This document shows positions 22,794 through 33,269 of a stretch of 64,000 nt of DNA, one piece after another (the first letter of the stretch is position 1; the number at the start of each line of letters is the position of its first letter). The notes below the pieces were generated by a model. That model saw nothing but the letters and a program-made list of their open reading frames with translations, did no database searches and was not told where the DNA came from. The translations under genes were made by a program, and so were the position numbers. The DNA is from an uncultured delta proteobacterium. GTDB taxonomy: Bacteria; Desulfobacterota; Binatia; Binatales; Binataceae. The stretch is from positions 246,222 through 310,221 of the forward strand of contig CAWAKE010000009.1 of NCBI GenBank assembly GCA_963782535.1. The letters run 5' to 3'.

Positions 22794-23120
22794 ATGAGTA
22801 CGACCCCATCGAAACCTGCGAATCCGCGGGAACGTCTTCGTCCGATAGTGCCCAAGCTAATCGATTTGACGGAAAAGGTGGTTTACGGCGATGTATGGGA
22901 GCGACCCGGACTCTCGAAACGGGATCGCAGCCTGGTCACGGTAGCTGCGCTGGTGGCGCTTTATCGGCCTGAGCAGCTTCGCGTACATCTGGGCCGCGCG
23001 CTCGAAAACGGAGTGACTAAAGACGAGCTCAGCGAACTCATCACACATTTGGCATTTTACTCCGGATGGCCGACGTCGATGACCGCCGCGTCGATCGCCA
23101 AAGACGTATTCGAGAGCTGA
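22794..23120 (+). CDS. carboxymuconolactone decarboxylase-family protein
   Basis: 108 aa; VVYGDVWERPGLSKRDRSLVTVAALVA..ELITHLAFYSGWP matches CMD/AhpD-like fold. GAGGAGG RBS upstream. Confidence 0.7.
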   Translation: MSTTPSKPANPRERLRPIVPKLIDLTEKVVYGDVWERPGLSKRDRSLVTVAALVALYRPEQLRVHLGRALENGVTKDELSELITHLAFYSGWPTSMTAASIAKDVFES

Positions 23121-23293
23121 TTCAGATAGTAAGTATTCGACTGCCGATCCGCGCGAAGCGGCCGGACGTAAACGTCAGGTGCGTGTAAGTGCGGCGGACC
23201 CGGATGAAAATCGCATCGATTCGTATGTAGGAGATGCGCGGGCGGTTGTGCTAGGCAGACAATAGGCGCCAGGAAATCAGGAGAGATGGGTTT

Positions 23294-24601
23294 ATGGCAG
23301 CGAGCGGAACTGTCGATTACAACGCCCTCGTGCGAGAGGACCGAGTTCATTCCCGCGTCTATACCGACCCGCAGGTTTTCGAAGACGAGATGGAACGGAT
23401 GTTTCATCGCGGATGGGTCTTCGTCGGTCATGCCAGCGAAATACCGGAACCGGGTGACTATCGGCTGGCGTGGGTCGGACGCTATCCGATTATCATGGTG
23501 CGGGGCGCCGACGGCGAGGTGCGGCTATTGTCGAACCGCTGCCGCCATCGCGCGAACACGGTATGTCAGATCGAACGCGGAAACGCGCGATTTTTCCGTT
23601 GTGACTATCACGGATGGATGTACCGGAACGATGGCGGACTGGCGTCGGTGAGTTATCCGGAGGGCTACGATCGGACGTTTCGCAAGGAAGATTACGGACT
23701 GATCCCGTTGCCGCGGGTGGCGAACTATCGGGGATTTATTTTCGGCAGTATCGCGCCGGCGGGGATGAGCCTAAATGACTATCTCGGCAAGGCAACGGAG
23801 CAGATCGATTTATTTGTAGATCTTTCGCCAGTAGGCGAAATCGACGTGCGCGGTGGAATTCATAAGTACAGTTATCACGGCAACTGGAAGTTGCAAATTG
23901 AAAATTCAATGGACGGATACCACCCGAATTTCGTCCACAAGACATTTTTCGGGATGATGGGGCGGCGGGGAATCAAAGCGCCGACGCGGCATTTCGGCGG
24001 TAGTTCGATCGCGGTCGCGCGCGATTTCGGTCACGGGCACGTGATGCTGGACTACCGCGAATGCAATCGCGATGGACAGGTGCTGAACGTAGTGCAGGGC
24101 GGAGAGAAATATCGCGAAGCGATGGATACGCACTACGGTGCGGCGCGTGCGAAGGAGATAATCAACAGCGGCGGCACGCATCTGCTGGTGTTCCCCAACC
24201 TCGTTATGATCGGAGTGCAACTCAGGGTGATTCGGCCGATCGGACCGGAGGAGACCGAAGTGTACCTCTATCCGACGCTATTGAAGGGCGTGGCGCCCGA
24301 GGTGAATCAATGGCGCCTGCGCGGTCATGAGAGCTTCTTCGGACCGGCGGGCTTCGGTGCCCCGGACGATCTCGAGATGTTCGAACGCATGCAGGTCGGC
24401 TTCAGGAACGAACTCGACCCGTGGCTGATACTGTCGCGCGGGACGCATCGGGAGCGCCGTGAGGCTGACGGCACGCGAGTCGGCCATGTGACGGACGAGG
24501 TGACGCAGCGCGGGATTTGGCGGGAATGGAAACGGGTGATGACCGGACGCGAAGACGAGTCGGAGAGCGCAGACGCGTTGCGCATGGCGGCGGCCGATTA
24601 G
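23294..24601 (+). CDS. Rieske aromatic-ring-hydroxylating dioxygenase, alpha subunit
   Basis: Rieske CxH...CxxH (CRHRANTVC ... CDYHGWMY) followed by a catalytic mononuclear-iron domain (DGYHPNFVHK...). 435 aa. Confidence 0.85.
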   Translation: MAASGTVDYNALVREDRVHSRVYTDPQVFEDEMERMFHRGWVFVGHASEIPEPGDYRLAWVGRYPIIMVRGADGEVRLLSNRCRHRANTVCQIERGNARFFRCDYHGWMYRNDGGLASVSYPEGYDRTFRKEDYGLIPLPRVANYRGFIFGSIAPAGMSLNDYLGKATEQIDLFVDLSPVGEIDVRGGIHKYSYHGNWKLQIENSMDGYHPNFVHKTFFGMMGRRGIKAPTRHFGGSSIAVARDFGHGHVMLDYRECNRDGQVLNVVQGGEKYREAMDTHYGAARAKEIINSGGTHLLVFPNLVMIGVQLRVIRPIGPEETEVYLYPTLLKGVAPEVNQWRLRGHESFFGPAGFGAPDDLEMFERMQVGFRNELDPWLILSRGTHRERREADGTRVGHVTDEVTQRGIWREWKRVMTGREDESESADALRMAAAD

Positions 24602-24616
24602 GCTGGAGTGGTTGAG

Positions 24617-25087
24617 ATGGCAAGCCTGCGCGAGCGCGTCGAGGAGTTTCTGTTTTTCGAGGCGAAGCTAATCGACGAACATCGATACGATGAATGGCTT
24701 GGGCTGTGGACTGAGGACGCCCGCTACTGGGTGCCGTGCAACACGGACGATGCTGACCCGTCGCTGCAAGCGATGATCATCTACGATAATCGCGCCCGCC
24801 TGAACGAGCGGATATATCGGATGACCAGCGGGGCGGCTTGGGCGCAACAGCCGCGGTCGCGCACGCGGCGGCTAATCGCGAACGTCGAGGTGCGCGAAAT
24901 TGACGGCGGCTATGCGGTGGAATCGAATTGCATAATCGCGGAATTGCGACGGTCGCGGCAGGATATTTTCGCCGCGCGAATGCTGCATACGCTGCGGCCA
25001 TCTGGCGACAGCTTTCGTATCGCCCTCAAGAAAGTACTGTTGCTCAACAATGACGAGCCGATCGATAATCTGACCTTCCTGGTCTGA
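24617..25087 (+). CDS. ring-hydroxylating dioxygenase beta subunit
   Basis: NTF2-like beta-subunit signature EEFLFFEAKLIDEHRYDEWLGLWTEDARYWVP. Begins 16 nt after the alpha stop (ATG at MASLRE; the track lists a GTG 9 nt earlier). Confidence 0.8.
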   Translation: MASLRERVEEFLFFEAKLIDEHRYDEWLGLWTEDARYWVPCNTDDADPSLQAMIIYDNRARLNERIYRMTSGAAWAQQPRSRTRRLIANVEVREIDGGYAVESNCIIAELRRSRQDIFAARMLHTLRPSGDSFRIALKKVLLLNNDEPIDNLTFLV

Positions 25088-25243
25088 TCCCCTTCCGCTT
25101 CTGATTTTGCCCTGTGCGCGCGACGCCCGTGTTGAAAGCACCGCGTCTGCAGGCGTCCTTATCAATAACCTCATCGGCACGCGCGCCACAGCTTAACCAA
25201 GCCGCGAGATTGTAGCGATACAGGCGCGAGCCGGCGGCCTGGT

Positions 25244-26575
25244 CTATTTGGTTCCCAAGGCCGCGAGCGGACCGCGATCCACTACTGGTACACGCTTGGA
25301 TCCCTGCGCCAGTGCGACGCTACCGGGGGTGCGCTGGAACGGATCGCGAAGGTCGATTTCCTGCGCATGAGCCTTGAGGGCAGGGATTACTTCCTCGGCA
25401 AACAGTCGCATGCTGGTGCGCCGGTCGTCGTCGCCGATGGGACCTTGAATACTCAGAATAATAAAAATCCCGGTGCGCAGAACGCTCATGATTGACTTGA
25501 TCTTGGGGATCAAGGTTTTCGGCGTGCCGGCGAGGACCTGCATGTTCTGTTGTCCGCGCATCAACGCGGCGTGCAGTTTGCGCCGGATCTCCGCGTAATC
25601 GAGTGCGCCGTCATCGCTGCCGTGCATCTGCTGGCGCACCTTCTCGCCGCTGATGCCGAGCCACGCGCTGGTCTGCTGTTTCGCCAGTATGCGAATTGCG
25701 GCCTTGGAGTTGTAGCCGGGGGGCATCGTGAACTCCGGCGCCGAGAACGCATTCTGGCCACCGCCGTAAACGAATCCTTCCGCGACCTTTTGCGCCTTTT
25801 CTTCCGTTTCTCCGACGGCGGTCGCAACCATGTAGCCAAAGTTTTCAGGGCCGGCCTGATACCCATGCTTGGCGGCTTCGTCGGCGTAAAAGTCCCACAG
25901 GTCGCAAGTTGGCGCGAGCGGGGTGCCGAGCCCGATGTAGGGGTAGCGATGCGCGGCGCACCACTGCACGGTTTCGGGACTGAGCGTGCCGGGAATCCAC
26001 ATCGGCGGATGCGGCTTCTGATACGGCAGCGCCCACGGATTGACGTGCCGATAATGAAAATGCTTGCCCTCGTAACGCCACGGGCCGGGCCGCGTCCACG
26101 CCTGCACGATGAAGTCGTGGGCCTCGTTGAACATCTCGCGGTTGTAAGCCGGATTCGCGTTGTTGAAGAATTGCTCGGAGCCGGCGCCACGGACCCATCC
26201 GGTGACGAGGCGGCCGCGCGAAATGAGATCGATCTCGGCCAGCTCCTCGGCCATCCGCAACGGATGCTTGATCACCGGGAGCGGATTGCCAATCAGCACG
26301 AGGCGTACGCGCTTGGTCCGATACGCGAGCACCGACGCCTCGACGTTCATCACCGAGCCCATGCAAATGGGGTTGCCGTGATGTTCGTTGAGCGCGACTA
26401 CGTCGAAACCCAGGTCCTCGGCGTAACAGTTTTCGTCGAGGTAGTAATGGTAGTCGTCGGCCGCTTTTTCACGGTCGTATAATTTATTCGATATGCCGAA
26501 AAACGCACCGTTGCGGAGAATCTCTTCTTCGGGGAGCCAGCGATAGGGCCGTTCGGTGAAATAACCTATCTGCAT
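25244..26575 (-). CDS. LLM-class flavin-dependent oxidoreductase (long, LimB-like subgroup)
   Basis: Trimmed to MQIGYFTERPY; NEHHGNPICMGSVMNV, LVLIGNPLPVIKHPLRMAEELAEIDLIS. 444 aa. The track ORF (504 aa) has an implausible Arg/Ser-rich leader. Confidence 0.8.
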   Translation of the reverse strand: MQIGYFTERPYRWLPEEEILRNGAFFGISNKLYDREKAADDYHYYLDENCYAEDLGFDVVALNEHHGNPICMGSVMNVEASVLAYRTKRVRLVLIGNPLPVIKHPLRMAEELAEIDLISRGRLVTGWVRGAGSEQFFNNANPAYNREMFNEAHDFIVQAWTRPGPWRYEGKHFHYRHVNPWALPYQKPHPPMWIPGTLSPETVQWCAAHRYPYIGLGTPLAPTCDLWDFYADEAAKHGYQAGPENFGYMVATAVGETEEKAQKVAEGFVYGGGQNAFSAPEFTMPPGYNSKAAIRILAKQQTSAWLGISGEKVRQQMHGSDDGALDYAEIRRKLHAALMRGQQNMQVLAGTPKTLIPKIKSIMSVLRTGIFIILSIQGPIGDDDRRTSMRLFAEEVIPALKAHAQEIDLRDPFQRTPGSVALAQGSKRVPVVDRGPLAALGTK

Positions 26576-26926
26576 CGCGATGTCCTTTTTTGTCGGTATC
26601 GTTAATAAAATACGTGCGGCGAAGCGAGCAAATCGGCCAGTACCGGAGCCTCGGCGAGATTCGCAAGCCTGCGCCCGTCCGCGCGGCGCCGAGTGGACCC
26701 GCACCATCCGAGGATACCGGACTTCAGGATTACTAGCCCGAATGGAAGTAATGGGCAATAAAGAACGCTCAAGCGGCGGCGGCCGAGGGCGCGAGCGGGC
26801 TCGATCAAGCGCAAAACCGCTAACCCCCGGTCCGCCTCATGCGCTAGAATCAGCACCCCGCGGTTCCATTGAGCCAGTTGCCTTGAGTGTCGGAGCCGCG
26901 ATGCCTTTTCGCGAAAGGAAAACACG

Positions 26927-27892
26927 ATGGCACGATGCGGCATTTCACTTTCACCGATGTCGGGAATTCCCCATCCGGAGTTCATACAACTCGCACGCGA
27001 GGTCGAGGACGCCGGCTTCAGCGGGGTCTTCATTCCGGAGGCCAACAATGACGGGTTGATGTGTTGCTACGCAGTCGCCGGCGCGACCAAGCGGGTCGAG
27101 ATCGGGACCTGGATCGTCAATATTTATTTGCGCGAGCCCACCCTATGCGCGGCCGCAGCCGAAATGGTTCAAGACGCCGCCGGTGGCCGCTTCATCCTGG
27201 GTTTGGGCGTGAGTCATCGTCCGGCCCTGGAAGCGCGCGGAATCCAGATGGGCAACGCCCGCGACCGCCTGCGCCGCGACACACAGATTATTCGCGCGAC
27301 GCTCGGCGGCGAGACCGCAATGTTCGGGATGAAATTTCGCCAGCCAAAAAACCCGATTCCTATCTACTTTGCGGCTCTCGCACTCGAAACTGCCCGCCTC
27401 GCCGGCGAAATTGCGGACGGCCTGATGCTTTACCTGTGCCCGCCGGAGCGGATGCGCAAATCGATCGATGTCGCACACGCAGCGGCCCAGCAGCACGGTC
27501 GCAAGCCGTCGGCGATCGCGGCGACGGTCGGATTGCCGGTTTTTCTGCACAGCGACCTAAAGGTCGCGTACGCTGCGGCTCAACGCGGACTTGCCTTCTA
27601 TGGGGCGCTGCCGTTTTACAATCGCCTGATTGCGCGCAGCGGCTTCGAATCCGCCGCGAATGCGATCATGGCGGCGGCCAAGCGCAACGACGCCAGCGCG
27701 ATGGCGGCTGCGGTGACGGAGCCGATGATCGATTCACTGGCGCTCGTTGGCCCCGAATCTCGATGCTTCGAGCGGCTGGAGCAGTACCGCGAACACGGCG
27801 CCGAGCTTCCAATCATAGTTCCCAACGCGGTTAACGAGGATTACACAACTGCCGTGCGCCGCATTGTGAAGTCATTCGCGAAGCTCAATTAG
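26927..27892 (+). CDS. LLM-class F420-dependent oxidoreductase
   Basis: AAAGGA RBS 7 nt upstream. GFSGVFIPEANND..FILGLGVSHRPALEARG and C-terminal AVNEDY pattern of F420-type LLMs. Confidence 0.8.
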   Translation: MARCGISLSPMSGIPHPEFIQLAREVEDAGFSGVFIPEANNDGLMCCYAVAGATKRVEIGTWIVNIYLREPTLCAAAAEMVQDAAGGRFILGLGVSHRPALEARGIQMGNARDRLRRDTQIIRATLGGETAMFGMKFRQPKNPIPIYFAALALETARLAGEIADGLMLYLCPPERMRKSIDVAHAAAQQHGRKPSAIAATVGLPVFLHSDLKVAYAAAQRGLAFYGALPFYNRLIARSGFESAANAIMAAAKRNDASAMAAAVTEPMIDSLALVGPESRCFERLEQYREHGAELPIIVPNAVNEDYTTAVRRIVKSFAKLN

Positions 27893-27918
27893 CCGCGGCA
27901 AGAAATAAGGAAGGGCAA

Positions 27919-28479
27919 ATGACTTTATTACCATATCTCGACGAGCGAGACGCCTCACCGGAGGTGCTGAAAATCCTCAAGGCCCAGCCGCAGGTGCTCA
28001 ACGTCCAGCGGGTGATGGCCAACGCTCAGGGTATTTTCCCTCATCGCAGCAAACTGAGTAACGCGCTCTTTACTCAGATCAAACTGGACCCGCGGTTGCG
28101 GGAAATCGCGATTCTGCGCACTGCGAAGGTCTGCCATTCAATTTACGAGTGGACCCAGCATGTACCTGCGGCCCGCCACGTCGGAGTCACCGAGGAGCAG
28201 ATTGCGGCGATCGAGCAATGGGGCGGAGCCGGCTGCTTCAGCGAAGTTGAGCGCCTGGTGTTGCAGTTGACCGACGAGGTCAACGCAAACGTCAAGGGCA
28301 GGCGCGAAACGGTCGAAGCACTGAAGAGAATTCTGAGCCCGGCGGAAATAATCGAGTTACTCATTATAATTGGCCACTGGCGCCAAACCGCGAGCGTTCT
28401 CGAAACCATCGAGGTCGATCTGGAAGACTTCGCGGGAACCATGAATATCCTCGAGGGGATCGCGCGCAAGCCGGCCTAG
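27919..28479 (+). CDS. carboxymuconolactone decarboxylase-family protein
   Basis: 186 aa, two CMD-like halves (..LREIAILRTAKVCHSIYEWTQH.. and ..ELLIIIGHWRQ..). AAGGAAG RBS. Confidence 0.7.
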   Translation: MTLLPYLDERDASPEVLKILKAQPQVLNVQRVMANAQGIFPHRSKLSNALFTQIKLDPRLREIAILRTAKVCHSIYEWTQHVPAARHVGVTEEQIAAIEQWGGAGCFSEVERLVLQLTDEVNANVKGRRETVEALKRILSPAEIIELLIIIGHWRQTASVLETIEVDLEDFAGTMNILEGIARKPA

Positions 28480-28523
28480 GGCCTTGACCTGATCAATCGA
28501 GCAGAACTTGGAGTCGAAAGGAT

Positions 28524-29336
28524 TTGCCGGTGGATAGAACTGACTTTCGATATTTGCTGGTTGAAGACGACGGGATGATCCGCCGCCTGACGCTGAATCG
28601 TCCGGACCGTCTGAATGCGCTCAATTTTCGAATCGGCGCAGAATTGCTGGACGCATTGGAAGATTGCGATCGAAATCCTGACGTCCGGGTGGTGATTCTG
28701 ACCGGGGCCGGGCGCGCGTTTTGCGCCGGAGACGATCTGCGCGGAATGAACGAGCCGGGAGAACCGGACCGCAGGTACCTCGATCCGATCAAGCAATACG
28801 TCGAAGGCGAGGGCCGGTGGCCGTTGATTGTCGCGCGAATGAGGGCGCTTTCGAAGCCGGTAATTGCGATGATCAACGGACATGCGCACGGCGCGGGGTT
28901 TAACCTGGCGCTGGGCTGCGACCTGCGCGTAATTGCGGACTCGGCCACTATGTCGATTCCGTTCGCGAAGCGCGGAATCGCCACCGGCACAAATTTGCTG
29001 CAACAGTTCGTTGGCATCGGCAAAGCGATGGAATGGGCGCTGCTCGGCCCGGTATTGTCGGCGGCGGAGGCTGAGCGCTGGGGATTGGTGAGCCGGGTGA
29101 CGCTGCTCGCCGAGCTGGAGCATGAGACCATGAAGCTCGCGCGGGAGCTGTCCGAAGGTCCGACGCTGGTGCTCGGCTACACCAAATCAGCGGTGGTTCA
29201 TGGGTGGCAGGCGCCACCGGAGACCGCCTACCGATATCAAGGCCAAGCAGTAACCCAATGTCAGCGAACTGAGGATTTCACCGAAGGTATTCAGGCCTTT
29301 CGGGAAAAGCGACCACCGCGTTTTCGCGGACGCTAA
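28524..29336 (+). CDS. enoyl-CoA hydratase/isomerase family protein
   Basis: LTLNRPDRLNAL, AFCAGDDLRG, AMINGHAHGAGFNLALGCDLRV crotonase motifs. TTG start per track. Confidence 0.8.
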   Translation: MPVDRTDFRYLLVEDDGMIRRLTLNRPDRLNALNFRIGAELLDALEDCDRNPDVRVVILTGAGRAFCAGDDLRGMNEPGEPDRRYLDPIKQYVEGEGRWPLIVARMRALSKPVIAMINGHAHGAGFNLALGCDLRVIADSATMSIPFAKRGIATGTNLLQQFVGIGKAMEWALLGPVLSAAEAERWGLVSRVTLLAELEHETMKLARELSEGPTLVLGYTKSAVVHGWQAPPETAYRYQGQAVTQCQRTEDFTEGIQAFREKRPPRFRGR

Positions 29337-29443
29337 GCCCACGGCGCGGCCCGATTGCCGAGTCGCGGGTGCGCGCCGACACCTACTGGCGAAGAAGAAT
29401 CCGGATACCCACGCCGGCGCGCCGGCGTGGGTATCTCGCTAAA

Positions 29444-30520
29444 TCACACCGCAGCGAAATGCGGCATCACCTCGTCCATCAGCATGCGCTGGGAGTTCGC
29501 CCAGCCTTCGGAATTTTCCGATTGATCGAAAGTAAGTACGAGCAAGCAGCCGAAGCCGCCGGTGTCGTGCTGCATGTGTCCCAATTTTTCGGTGACGGTT
29601 TTGGGCGAGCCGACGAGCCAGCAATGGTCAGCCAGGTATTCAATCGTGACATCCGAATCCGGCACTTCCGGATGATGTTTGTACAAGCTGACCATGCCGA
29701 AGGATTTGAACAGCGGCAGCAGATAATCCCGATAGACTCGTCCGAGCATGCCATTGATGGCTTGATCGCGCGCTTCCTTATCGGTTTCTGCTATATACAC
29801 TTCGCGCGCAACCCGCCAGTCTTTGCGAGACGGAGTGCGGCCGGTTTTTTCGGCACCCGCGACTACCGCGTTCCAATGGGTCTTCAGGTAGCTATCGCTG
29901 AGGGCGACACTCATCGGCATGAAGCCGCGCTCGCCGGCGAATTTCAACGTATCCGAGCCCGGCGTCAGACCGGCAATTCCGATTGGCGGATGCGGTTTCT
30001 GGAACGGTCGAATATGAAATTTCAAGGTGTCGAGCATCGTATCGATACGGTTCACCGTCCAGTACTTGCCCACGTATTCGAAGGGCTCGGTGCTTTCCCA
30101 CAGACGCAGGATGATGTCGAGGGCCTCGAGCGTCATGCGTCGGTTTTCGCCGCCGGCGCCATCGACGTTAAACAGCTTCCAGTCGCTGGGCAGGCCGCTG
30201 GTGCCGACGCCAAACATGAAGCGGCCTTGCGCCAGGTGATCCAAATACGCCACGCGATGCGCCAGCTCGGCCGGATGATGATAGGGCAGCAGGTGAGCTC
30301 CGGGGCAGAGCTTGATTTTTTTGGTGCGCAGCAGGCCTTGCGCGATGAGTAAGTCCGGCGCCGGATTCGGCTCCCACGGGGAGGTGAAGTGCTCACCCAT
30401 CCAGGCTTCTTCGAAACCCAGCTTGTCGCACAGTTCGAGATGCTCCAGGTCCCATTGATGACCCGCGAGAAGAGTCCTCTCCGGTGGGTGGGAGGGCATC
30501 ATGAATACACCTGCTTTCAT
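29444..30520 (-). CDS. LLM-class flavin-dependent oxidoreductase (LimB-like)
   Basis: Trimmed to MKAGVFMMPSHPPERTL; EEAWMGEHFTSPWEP, KLCPGAHLLPYHHPAELAHRVAYLDHLAQGRFMFGVG. The 34-aa leader in the track ORF is not protein-like. Confidence 0.8.
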   Translation of the reverse strand: MKAGVFMMPSHPPERTLLAGHQWDLEHLELCDKLGFEEAWMGEHFTSPWEPNPAPDLLIAQGLLRTKKIKLCPGAHLLPYHHPAELAHRVAYLDHLAQGRFMFGVGTSGLPSDWKLFNVDGAGGENRRMTLEALDIILRLWESTEPFEYVGKYWTVNRIDTMLDTLKFHIRPFQKPHPPIGIAGLTPGSDTLKFAGERGFMPMSVALSDSYLKTHWNAVVAGAEKTGRTPSRKDWRVAREVYIAETDKEARDQAINGMLGRVYRDYLLPLFKSFGMVSLYKHHPEVPDSDVTIEYLADHCWLVGSPKTVTEKLGHMQHDTGGFGCLLVLTFDQSENSEGWANSQRMLMDEVMPHFAAV

Positions 30521-30844
30521 ACGATCTCCTTGCCGACAGCTTGCTGTTCCATCGCACATTAAGGGATCGGAGCGCGTGCGGTCAAAGACCCCGGAAGTCG
30601 CGCGCAGAGTCCCGTCAACCATCGAGATCTATCTGTTGGCAGCCGAAAAGTCACCTGTTCTGGCCGCCGAAATCCTGGCCGCGATCAGCCGGGATTTGCC
30701 GCTGAAATTACAGTGGACGTGTTAGGATCGACTTCGAGCGAATCGCCGCGTGAAATTCCGGCAAGATTTGAGTATCGTGCATCCCGCCTCGAGTAGCGTG
30801 CAAACTTTTTCGATGAGCGCCATTATGGGCGCAGGAGAGCTTCG

Positions 30845-31729
30845 ATGGACATAGGCATTCTGGTCGCGACCACGGCTCGAACGGGAGCTATAGATGCGAT
30901 CGCTCGGGCGGTCGAGAACGGCGGATACGAATCGCTCTGGATACCCGAACATCCGGTGATTCCGGTCGGGTTCAAGACCGCAGTTCCCGGCGGTGGCAAG
31001 TTGCCCGAACACTACGGCCGCTGGGTCGATCCGTTCGTCGCGCTTTCAATCGCCGCAGCCGTGACGAAGCGAATCAAGCTTGCGACCGGCATCTGTCTGT
31101 TGCCGGAGCGCGAGCCGCTGATCACGGCCAAGTCGGTAGCGAGCCTCGACCTCTACTCTGGAGGCCGCGTGGTGCTGGGCGTTGGCGCGGGATGGCTGCG
31201 GGAAGAGACCGAGGCGATGGGCGCCCACTTCGGATCGCGCTGGAAGCGGCTGCGCGAGACGGTCGAGGCGATGCGCGTGCTCTGGTCAGAACCGGAGCCG
31301 GCCTACGCGGGCGAGTTGGTTCATTTCCCCGCCGTCAGATGCGAACCGAAGCCCTTGCAGAAGCCCTATCCGCCAATTCTTCTCGGCGGTCACGGACCGA
31401 AGGCCCTCGAGCGGGTGGCGCGGACCTATGATGGGTGGATGCCGCTGGTGCCCAACCCTGAATCGCTCAAGCGCGATGTGACGGCGTTGCGGAAACTCGC
31501 TGCCGACCACGGACGCGACCCCAAGGCGTTGCATATCACCGCGCTGGTTGATCCGGGCGAAAACGGACCGTCGTCAGACGAGCTGCAGAAGTACGCCGAG
31601 GCCGGAGCAAGCCGCGTAGTGCTCTTCTCGCAACGGATGGCGATTGCGATCGCCGACGGTGCAGCACTCGAACTGATCAAACGTTTCGAGCCAGTCGTGG
31701 AACAGGCGCGAAAGATCGGGACAAAGTGA
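30845..31729 (+). CDS. LLM-class F420-dependent oxidoreductase
   Basis: 294 aa; MDIGILVATTAR.., ESLWIPEHPVIP, KLATGICLLPEREPLITAKSVASLDLYSGGRVVLGVGAGW. Confidence 0.8.
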   Translation: MDIGILVATTARTGAIDAIARAVENGGYESLWIPEHPVIPVGFKTAVPGGGKLPEHYGRWVDPFVALSIAAAVTKRIKLATGICLLPEREPLITAKSVASLDLYSGGRVVLGVGAGWLREETEAMGAHFGSRWKRLRETVEAMRVLWSEPEPAYAGELVHFPAVRCEPKPLQKPYPPILLGGHGPKALERVARTYDGWMPLVPNPESLKRDVTALRKLAADHGRDPKALHITALVDPGENGPSSDELQKYAEAGASRVVLFSQRMAIAIADGAALELIKRFEPVVEQARKIGTK

Positions 31730-32198
31730 TCGACGCGGGCGAGAATTGCCGCATCAGCCGATGGTTCGTGTAAGCGGGTCGGTCCGGTGCATCGGCGGTG
31801 CGGTGCCTCATATCGTAGTGGCAGCGTGATGGGCGCGATGATCCGAGATCGCCCGCGCCGCTTGCTAATCGGTACCGTTGCCTATTCAATTGCAGAGCTA
31901 TGCGCAGCATTCGGTAAGTTCGCGCGCTCCGGTCGGCGGTCGGCACCTGATCCTCCTCATCTCCGAAATTACCCTTCCAGAACCGCGCATTCGAATCTGA
32001 ATCATACCGCTAGCCCCCGCATGGGGTTTGGGCTATAACCGGCGGACTCAACTTTGAGTGGCGGGCAACCCAGGAGCATGAGAGACTCCTGCGCCGCCAG
32101 GGTGGCCAGCTAATTTGCCACTGGCCGAACGCTTGCTAATCCGGGCGGAGAAAAGCACGGTGTGCATGCCGGGGGCGTTTTGAGAGCGAGGTGTACCA

Positions 32199-33260
32199 AT
32201 GAGTAGGGGACAGGGAGCGAGGCACGACAGGTTGAAATCGATCTGGATACTGGCGCTGTGCGTCGGCCTGATCATCGCCGGTTGGCCAACAGGGGCATCC
32301 GTTGCAGCTGCGGCATCGCCGGGGCTGGGCGTCGGGCGTGCCAGCCGGCCATGGGAGAACTATTTCGGAGTTGCGCTATTGCAGGCAGATCGCGCGGTGG
32401 TGGTCGGCGATAAGGGCGTCGTGATGACCTCGGCGAATCGCGGGAGCACGTGGACCCGCATCCAACTCAAGAAAGACGACAAATATTACGATCTGTACAG
32501 CGTAGCCTTCGCCCCGGACGGATCCAGTGGGTGGGCGGTAGGAGACGGCGGAGCGATTTTTCACACCGGCGACAGTGGCGCGACATGGACCCTGCAAAAA
32601 TCCGGAGGGTCCACGGCATTGCTCAAAATCGCTGTGATCGACTCCCAAAAGGCGTGCGTGGCCGGTGAGCACGGCTTGATACTCTGCACGGTTGACGGCG
32701 GCGCCAATTGGGTAGCCACGAAATTCGAGGACCTGGTCTTCTTCGACATCGCCTTTACGGACCCGAACCATGGATGGGCCGTGGGCGAATTCTCAACCAT
32801 CGTGCGCACGATTGATGGGGGAAAGACCTGGACCGTTCAGGTTGGCGGCAAGCGGCTGGTGACACTTGACCCGTATTTCGCGCTCGATTTCAAGGACGCC
32901 GAAAACGGCATGGTGCTTGGGCTAAACGGTATTTATATGGCTACCAGCGACGGCGGTAATACGTGGAAAGCCGGCAAACTACCCAATCAGAACCATTCCT
33001 TTTACGCGGAGGTAGCTGCACCGGTGGACGGATCGGTCGCCTACTATGCCGGCGGCGAGAACGGGATGACCGGGCGCATCGTCGATGAGAAGGTAATCCG
33101 CACCGCCACGGCCACCTCGAACTCGATCACTTCCATTGCTTTTAAGTCCAACTTCGGACTGGCGGTCGGTTTATCGGGCACCGTCATGCGGAGCGAAGAT
33201 GGCGGCCAGACGTGGACCCAACTGCAGGGTAGTCGACTCGTCGAAACCCTAGCTAAATAG
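32199..33260 (+). CDS. secreted BNR/Asp-box beta-propeller protein (Ycf48/photosystem-II-assembly-factor-like)
   Basis: Signal-anchor LKSIWILALCVGLIIAG followed by at least five Asp-box-like repeats (SANRGSTWT, TGDSGATWT, TVDGGANW, TIDGGKTWT, TSDGGNTWK, SEDGGQTWT). Confidence 0.65.
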   Translation: MSRGQGARHDRLKSIWILALCVGLIIAGWPTGASVAAAASPGLGVGRASRPWENYFGVALLQADRAVVVGDKGVVMTSANRGSTWTRIQLKKDDKYYDLYSVAFAPDGSSGWAVGDGGAIFHTGDSGATWTLQKSGGSTALLKIAVIDSQKACVAGEHGLILCTVDGGANWVATKFEDLVFFDIAFTDPNHGWAVGEFSTIVRTIDGGKTWTVQVGGKRLVTLDPYFALDFKDAENGMVLGLNGIYMATSDGGNTWKAGKLPNQNHSFYAEVAAPVDGSVAYYAGGENGMTGRIVDEKVIRTATATSNSITSIAFKSNFGLAVGLSGTVMRSEDGGQTWTQLQGSRLVETLAK

Positions 33261-33269
33261 GCAATCACA

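Noticed and set aside
25550-26482. 310-aa + strand ORF and overlapping minus-strand ORFs 25561..26190 and 25845..26366
   Set aside because: All overlap the LLM gene 25244..26575 in other frames. Only the LLM frame has conserved motifs.
29369-30352. 327-aa + strand ORF
   Set aside because: Antisense to the LimB-like LLM gene 29444..30520.
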